Source: Flaccisagitta enflata (Eukaryota). From it: 64,000 bases of DNA. Below, one piece after another: positions 58,488 through 64,000 of this stretch (its first letter is position 1; each line of letters starts with the position of its first letter). The position numbers were made by a program, and so were the translations under genes. Under the pieces are notes generated by a model. It was not told the DNA's origin. It did not search any database and saw nothing but the letters and a program-made list of their open reading frames with translations. Location of the stretch: NCBI GenBank assembly GCA_965153355.1, contig OZ231126.1:33542001-33606000 (forward strand), in the 5' to 3' direction.

Positions 58488-60393
58488 GAAAAGGGAAAAA
58501 AAATCAGAACGTGACATCAAAGAATTAATGCGTCGGTTCGCTGAAAAGAGTGTTCTTTTATAATCATTTTCTCTCGTCCGATATAATTTGATGTGTCTGC
58601 GTGACTCGGCAAAGATATTACAAAAAGAAACCACGTGGCTTAACCACAACAACAAGCGTATAAAGGTGAATAATATATTCAAATATGTTTGCCTTGAATG
58701 TATTAGATTTGTTGTTTTCTTGTTTTTTTAACCATATTGTGGAATGAACAATAAACTTAATGTGAAAGTTGCAAAACCAATTACACAATTTGTACGTTTC
58801 GCGTTTGCAACACGTAATGGTTGTTAGAATTGTTGTCATTGCATTTTTAATGTTTGACTATTCGTGTAATATTAGCAATATACAAATTAAAGATTTACAA
58901 TGCCAGAGCCTTTAATCATGTTTTACCACTTATGAATATATGAACCATGTTAATTAGAAGACTAATTCAGAATAGCAAATGGACAGATGAATAGATAATT
59001 ATGTAGTTTGACGTCTTCATAGATGGTCGGACAGACCTAACAGCAGCGAAGATAGCCACTAGCAAAGACACGCAAAAGTACCGCTAGATAGAGATTTGCG
59101 TTTAGGTATGACACATACTGGCGATGGTCGTGCGTGGCCGTGGATTGTGTTATTTCGCCTGTACAGACGTTTTCAGGGGTTGAACGTCCTTAGAAGAGGA
59201 ATCAAGGACCAGAAGTTTTGTGGACGAGGATGAAATTCCAAAAAAAAACCTCACTCGTTCATCTCAAAAAAGGCATTGAACTCAGATTTTCTTTTTCTAA
59301 GCAAAGTTCATCGATCGATGACGGTGAGGAGGGTCGCCTGCCGCCTCGTCGCTTGACGCCTGCGGCCCTGCCGCCTGTCGCAGTAACGCGCCGCTGCTTC
59401 AAATTGTTTTATTAATGTTTTATTTCGCAAATGATAAAAGTGACAAATCCGTGGATCACTCATGGTCAGCAGCGCCTTTTGTGCTACGTTCATGTAGATT
59501 TGCTGGAGAAATACAGCAAGATGGTGAACCGAGCAGCGGTTCTAAAAAGGAAATGTCATACAGTACACAGTAGTTCACAGTAGTTCACAGTAGTGTCTGT
59601 CCTTCTATCGGTGATGCCAGAAAAGTAGGTCCGGAGTTTTGAACGCCTGGTGTGAAACCTAGCAGGAGCTTGTATGTAGCAAAATCAAATGATTGCTTCA
59701 GTGGTGCAAATTCTGTTGAGACAAGCTACCGAATGATAGGTCGTTACTGGGCTGTAGCTGGTTGGTTGTGAGCTGCTGAGGAAGTGAGCGTCGGCGTATT
59801 AAGTAAAGCTATAATTTAGTGTCGCGTTTCGTTCACGTAAAATTGTTCATGGAATCAGTCCTTAGAAGCCGCTGCTCAAAAAGGGGGAAAAGCTCAATAG
59901 ACGAGAAACTGAGGAAAAGAAATGATTGAATTAAATCAAGGATAAAATGATGCGACTTTGATGCACAGATGTTTCCTCTGTTTGAGTAATTATCCTTGAG
60001 AAATTAAATTCTATCAGGAAATTGCGTCCTATCAGTTTTCTAACAACTCGTATTGCTCATCTGCCTCCCCACCCTCTCAAAAATTGCAAAAAAGTCATCC
60101 TCTCAAAAAGAAAATGCTTTTTATCGCGAGCGAGTTGACACCGGGCAGGGTTAGTAATAGTTTGTAATGGTATTGCAGAAACCATTTTGGTCACTGAGCA
60201 GGAGTTTTTGTACATAAAAAAGTTACGGACCGGGGGATCAACCGATCGAACGACTTAGCCACTCAAAGAATTTAGACATGCTGCTAACATAAATCGAAAG
60301 CGAATGAACGTGGAGGATTTTGTACTTAATATCCTATAAACAATAAAAACGTGAATGAAGTATCTGAACTAAAGGAACAAACATTGTATCAAG

Positions 60394-60564
60394 CAAGGCC
60401 GGATACACGGCTACCAAAGTCGCGTGCGGGTGGGCAGGAGCCATATTTGAGGTCACCCGACTATGTGGGCAAAAGCAGTGAGGTCAAAGAAATAAAATCA
60501 TAAAAAAAGTAAAGTGTGACCGACCGACCGACAAAGCGGGTTGTAGAGTCGCGTGCACGCGACT
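60394..60564 (-). mobile_element. Family A HINE
   Basis: caaggccggatacacggctacc...agtcgcgtgc...gggttgtagagtcgcgtgcacgcgact|aaaaa. Confidence 0.88.
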
Positions 60565-61307
60565 AAAAATGGGGGGAAAATGTGAAAGGGAAAGTCTTGA
60601 GAGAAAGGTCAATGACCCCGATGCTGAGGAAACGAAACAAAAGGCTTAAGAATCGTGAAGATGTGGAACCCCGCCTGAGATGAATAGAGACCAATACTGA
60701 AAGACTCTGAACAGATGGAAATAAAACATAAATGCAGTGGCCCAAGGACACTATGAGGACAACGATACCCTTTGATCTCAACCCTGCTTTGTATGATTAT
60801 AAATGAAAGTAAGAAAGAGGAGCTGCAGCCTTAAAGGAGACAAAGTTTTTCAGAACAGAAATGCGATTTTTGCTCTTTCTTCATGATGGGACTTACTGGT
60901 TACTTATTGTAACTAATTGGGAAGGCCAACTGATGACACACAAAACTTCGCCCCCCTCAGGGCTACTGTCCAAAAAGGCAAAACAATTGTTAAAGAGAGG
61001 TATTATTAAAACAACTGATAAGAGGCGTGTTAGTTCACTGCTGCCATTCCTCCACTGCAACGAATCAATTGTCCTCTCTGAGGTCATGACTCATGGGCGC
61101 TTCACGAGAGTGCGCATGCACTCAAAAGAGTTCTCAAGCAAAGGAGAACATTATCTTGACAACTCTCCAAGTAAGAGTTGCTGGTTTGACAATATTGAAT
61201 TGATGCCGTCATTATTGATAGACCATACAACAACTCTCCCATCGAATATATGCTGCATGTCTGCTTTGTGCTAAAGGGGATCTAAGTGGGGGAAGGTTGG
61301 ATTTTTT

Positions 61308-61544
61308 AGTCGCGTGCACGCGACTCTATGACCCACTCTGTCTGTTGGTCGGTCGGTCCGTCGGTCTGTCGGTCGGTCCGTCCGTAACGCTTAGCTTTTC
61401 CAACATGTTACATCATTTTTAGTCATTCCAATTTATTTAAAGTCATTTAAAGTCATTTTAAGTCATTATAAATCATTTTTGGTCTTTTAGTCTTTTGGTC
61501 TGTTGGTCTTAACTACCGCACGCGACTGTAAGGTGTTTGCCTTG
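61308..61544 (+). mobile_element. Family A HINE
   Basis: tttttt|agtcgcgtgcacgcgactctatgaccc..(GGTC)n..(AAGTCATTT)n..gcacgcgactgtaaggtgtttgccttg|tttttt. Confidence 0.88.
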
Positions 61545-62090
61545 TTTTTTAAATACGTTGCACACGCATCAAAGGTAAACAATTCCAAGTCGAATTGCCC
61601 AGCGTTTAAAGCTGTTGCGGTTTCTACCATTGTTGACCGGTTGCTCACTTGTTCTAATTCTTCGTGATATACGGCCCCTTTCTACCTTTGTCGTCGTTGA
61701 ATAAGTGTATATGATAAATAATGGGCGGAAGATAAAAAAAGAAAAGATCAAGGCATACGACCACTTATCCTTTTAATGGTATTTGAATTGAAAGAGGCAA
61801 TTATCCACCAATTCATTTGGTATCGACTATAAAGCACATAAGCACATAAGTGCACAAGCTTCGTTGCTTCATTGTCCAGGGTGCGCCAGCCAATATCCAG
61901 TAGCCCACTATAAAAACACACTTTTTCATGCTGAGGCTCTCTATCCAAGGAATCTGGCTCAAAATCATGTATATAGATAGTCCATCACAAAAATTTGACC
62001 TTGGGGCTTCTCTAAAGTGTGCCCGCCACACCCCTCCTAATGCTTAAGTGGTGGTGGTGTTTTTTTGACATCATCACATATGACTCATCA

Positions 62091-62610
62091 TTGTAAACTT
62101 ATATCTCCTAAACGAATGAAGCTAGTGTCCTCAATTTGGGTTCATTTTAAAGAGCTTTGCTGACTCTTTAAAATGAGCTCAAGTTGAGATCATCATTTAG
62201 AAGCAGTTTTTTTCTAACATTGATGCCTTTTTGGAGAAAATATTGATTTTTGTCACAACTTTGCAAGCTTGTATCTCCCAAACGAATAAAGCTACTGACC
62301 TCAACTTAAGCTTTTATTACTTTTTAGTCGCGTGCTACGCGACTCTACACCCCGCTATGTCGGTCTGTTGGTTGGTCGGTTGGTCAGTTGGTCGGTCAGT
62401 TGGTGTGTTGGTTCCCTTTTTTATTTTTTGGCGTTTTTGAGCATACGGCTCCTGCCCAGATGCCCTTGTGACATTCTCCTGCGCGTGACTAGGGTAGCCG
62501 TGTAACCGGCCTTGTTAGAATGAGCCCAAGTTCAGGTCTGTAACTTCATTTGTCTAGAAGCAGTCGTTTTACAAAGCTGATGTCTTCATGAAGCAAAAGT
62601 GATTTTGTCA
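62091..62610. repeat. Two degenerate ~170-bp direct repeats split by a family A HINE (62326-62514, +)
   Basis: tatctcc(t/c)aaacgaat(g/a)aagcta and aatgagc(t/c)caagtt...tagaagcagt each occur twice; HINE ends ttttt|agtcgcgtgctacgcgact ... gccgtgtaaccggccttg|tt. Confidence 0.7.
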
Positions 62611-62669
62611 TTAAACTTAAATTTTATATTTTGTTTTATTTTTCCCTATTATAGTCAGGTGATACACTG

Positions 62670-64000
62670 GCTCATTGGTAACTGCCATTCACTGTGGGGG
62701 TAGAAGAACCAATGGATAATGTGGGTTTGGAACCCGCAGAGGGCCCTTCAAAGAGCCCACAGCCACATAGCCTCAATGATGGTAAAAATGACCCCAATAC
62801 TGAAAAAAATGTTGTTTTTTTTATGCCTTGGGGTATCTTAGTGGTACACTGACTCATCAGTAATTTCCATCTAGTGTGGCAGGAGATGAACAGATGATTA
62901 ACAGAGGGTTGGAACTCCTGGGGGACCTTTTAACGGCCCTTTAGGGCTCAAAAATAGCCAAAATTATTCCAAGATTGAAAAAATACTTACTTTTCTGCAT
63001 TGAAGCACCCTAGTAGTAGTCATTCCTATCATGAGTAGTGGGATATGTACAGGTTTATAACAGAAAATCAAGACCCCTGGGGGCCTCCTTAAGGACCCCA
63101 AAGGGCCCCAAAATGGTAAAATATCATCTTATGTTCTTTTTTGTTTTCTGATCCATTTTACCATGACGCTGCTTTGATAGCTAATTTGAGGCCTGAGAGG
63201 CCAGTTTTTAGGCCTGAGGGTTTGAATTTGAGGCCTGGAAAGCCTAATTTGAGGTCTGAATGGCCAGGTTTTAGGCCTGAAAGGTTGGATTTGAGGCCTG
63301 AGAGGCTGGGTTTGAGGCCTGAGAGGCTGGATTTGAAGCCTGGGAGGCTGGATTTGAGACCTGAGACGCCAGATTTGAGGTCTAAGAGGCCAGATTTGAG
63401 GTCTAAGAGGCCAGATTTGAGGTCTCAAAGGCCAGATTTGAGGCATGAAGGGCCTGATAAGGAGGCTGGGGGGATGAATGGACGAAGGAACAAATGAACC
63501 AACAAACAGACGAACAAAAGTGTTCTACAGGACTTTGTCCCCTTTGGCGCCGCTGCTCAAAAATTGAACGCTGCTCAATTTTTTAGCATTTTTGCTCTAT
63601 TCTTATGTCCTTGGGAGCTCTTAAGTGGCCTCTGGGGGACTCAAGACCCATTGACTCTTTACACATCTCTTTCATGACTACATTGCAATGACTTACAAGG
63701 CAGTGTCACAATTGAGTGCAGCAGAACAGAAAAAAAAACATAAGATAATACTCTTCCAGTGCATTTTGGGCTTTTTTGGGTCACTCAGGGTCTTCAAGGG
63801 GGCCCCTAGGAATCCAAATCTTCAGTAATTCACATATTCATATCCCACCACGCTATACGGGAATTACTGATGAGTGGACCTACTTCTAGGAAAGCAAGAA
63901 AGTAAGTATTTTTCAATCTTTAAGCCATTTTTGCCATTTTTGAGTCCTAAAGGGCTCTTCAAAGGGCCCCTAGGGGTCCAAACCCTCTATCATCTATCTG
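62670..64000. mobile_element. Modular foldback-like repeat (~170-180 bp units in opposing orientations) with central family B HINE fragment (~63140-63558, -)
   Basis: 62891-62998 is an imperfect reverse complement of 63894-64000, and 62852-62889 of 63837-63875; centre has 21-bp gaggcctgagaggccagattt repeats and a gccgctgctc|aaaaa end. Confidence 0.65.

Overview
Eukaryotic (animal, probably invertebrate; taxon not determinable from sequence), AT-rich, almost entirely non-coding and repeat-saturated window. No prokaryotic genes, rRNA, tRNA or CRISPR arrays were seen, and nearly all long ORFs are translations of simple repeats. Main structures: (1) 1-2785, a Helentron-associated non-autonomous element (HINE/DINE-like) whose internal tandem repeats have grown to kb scale, with a second HINE family nested inside; (2) three arrays (~6 kb) of a 15-bp satellite AAGATACAATCCTCA sharing a ~1-kb higher-order pattern; (3) a ~2-kb foldback element with ~970-bp arms (11258-13337); (4) one exon-like Cys-rich coding segment (GEGDCD-x-D-x-DC-xx-GL-x-CG-x-NNC) at 13466-13630; (5) a ~30-kb inverted duplication (16422-30856 vs 31021-46430, 164-bp spacer) that starts at an assembly gap and whose arms differ by TE presence/absence, so it is either a real duplication or two haplotypes joined head-to-head; (6) many further HINEs, MITEs, a Tc1/mariner-type remnant and dense (GA)n/(GAAA)n/(CA)n/(AAT)n microsatellites. 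A consensus acceptor-donor juxtaposition (candidate recursive splice site) lies in both arms. I found no convincing novel protein-coding system; the interest is in repeat and genome architecture. All comparisons were made by eye, so identities and some boundaries are approximate.
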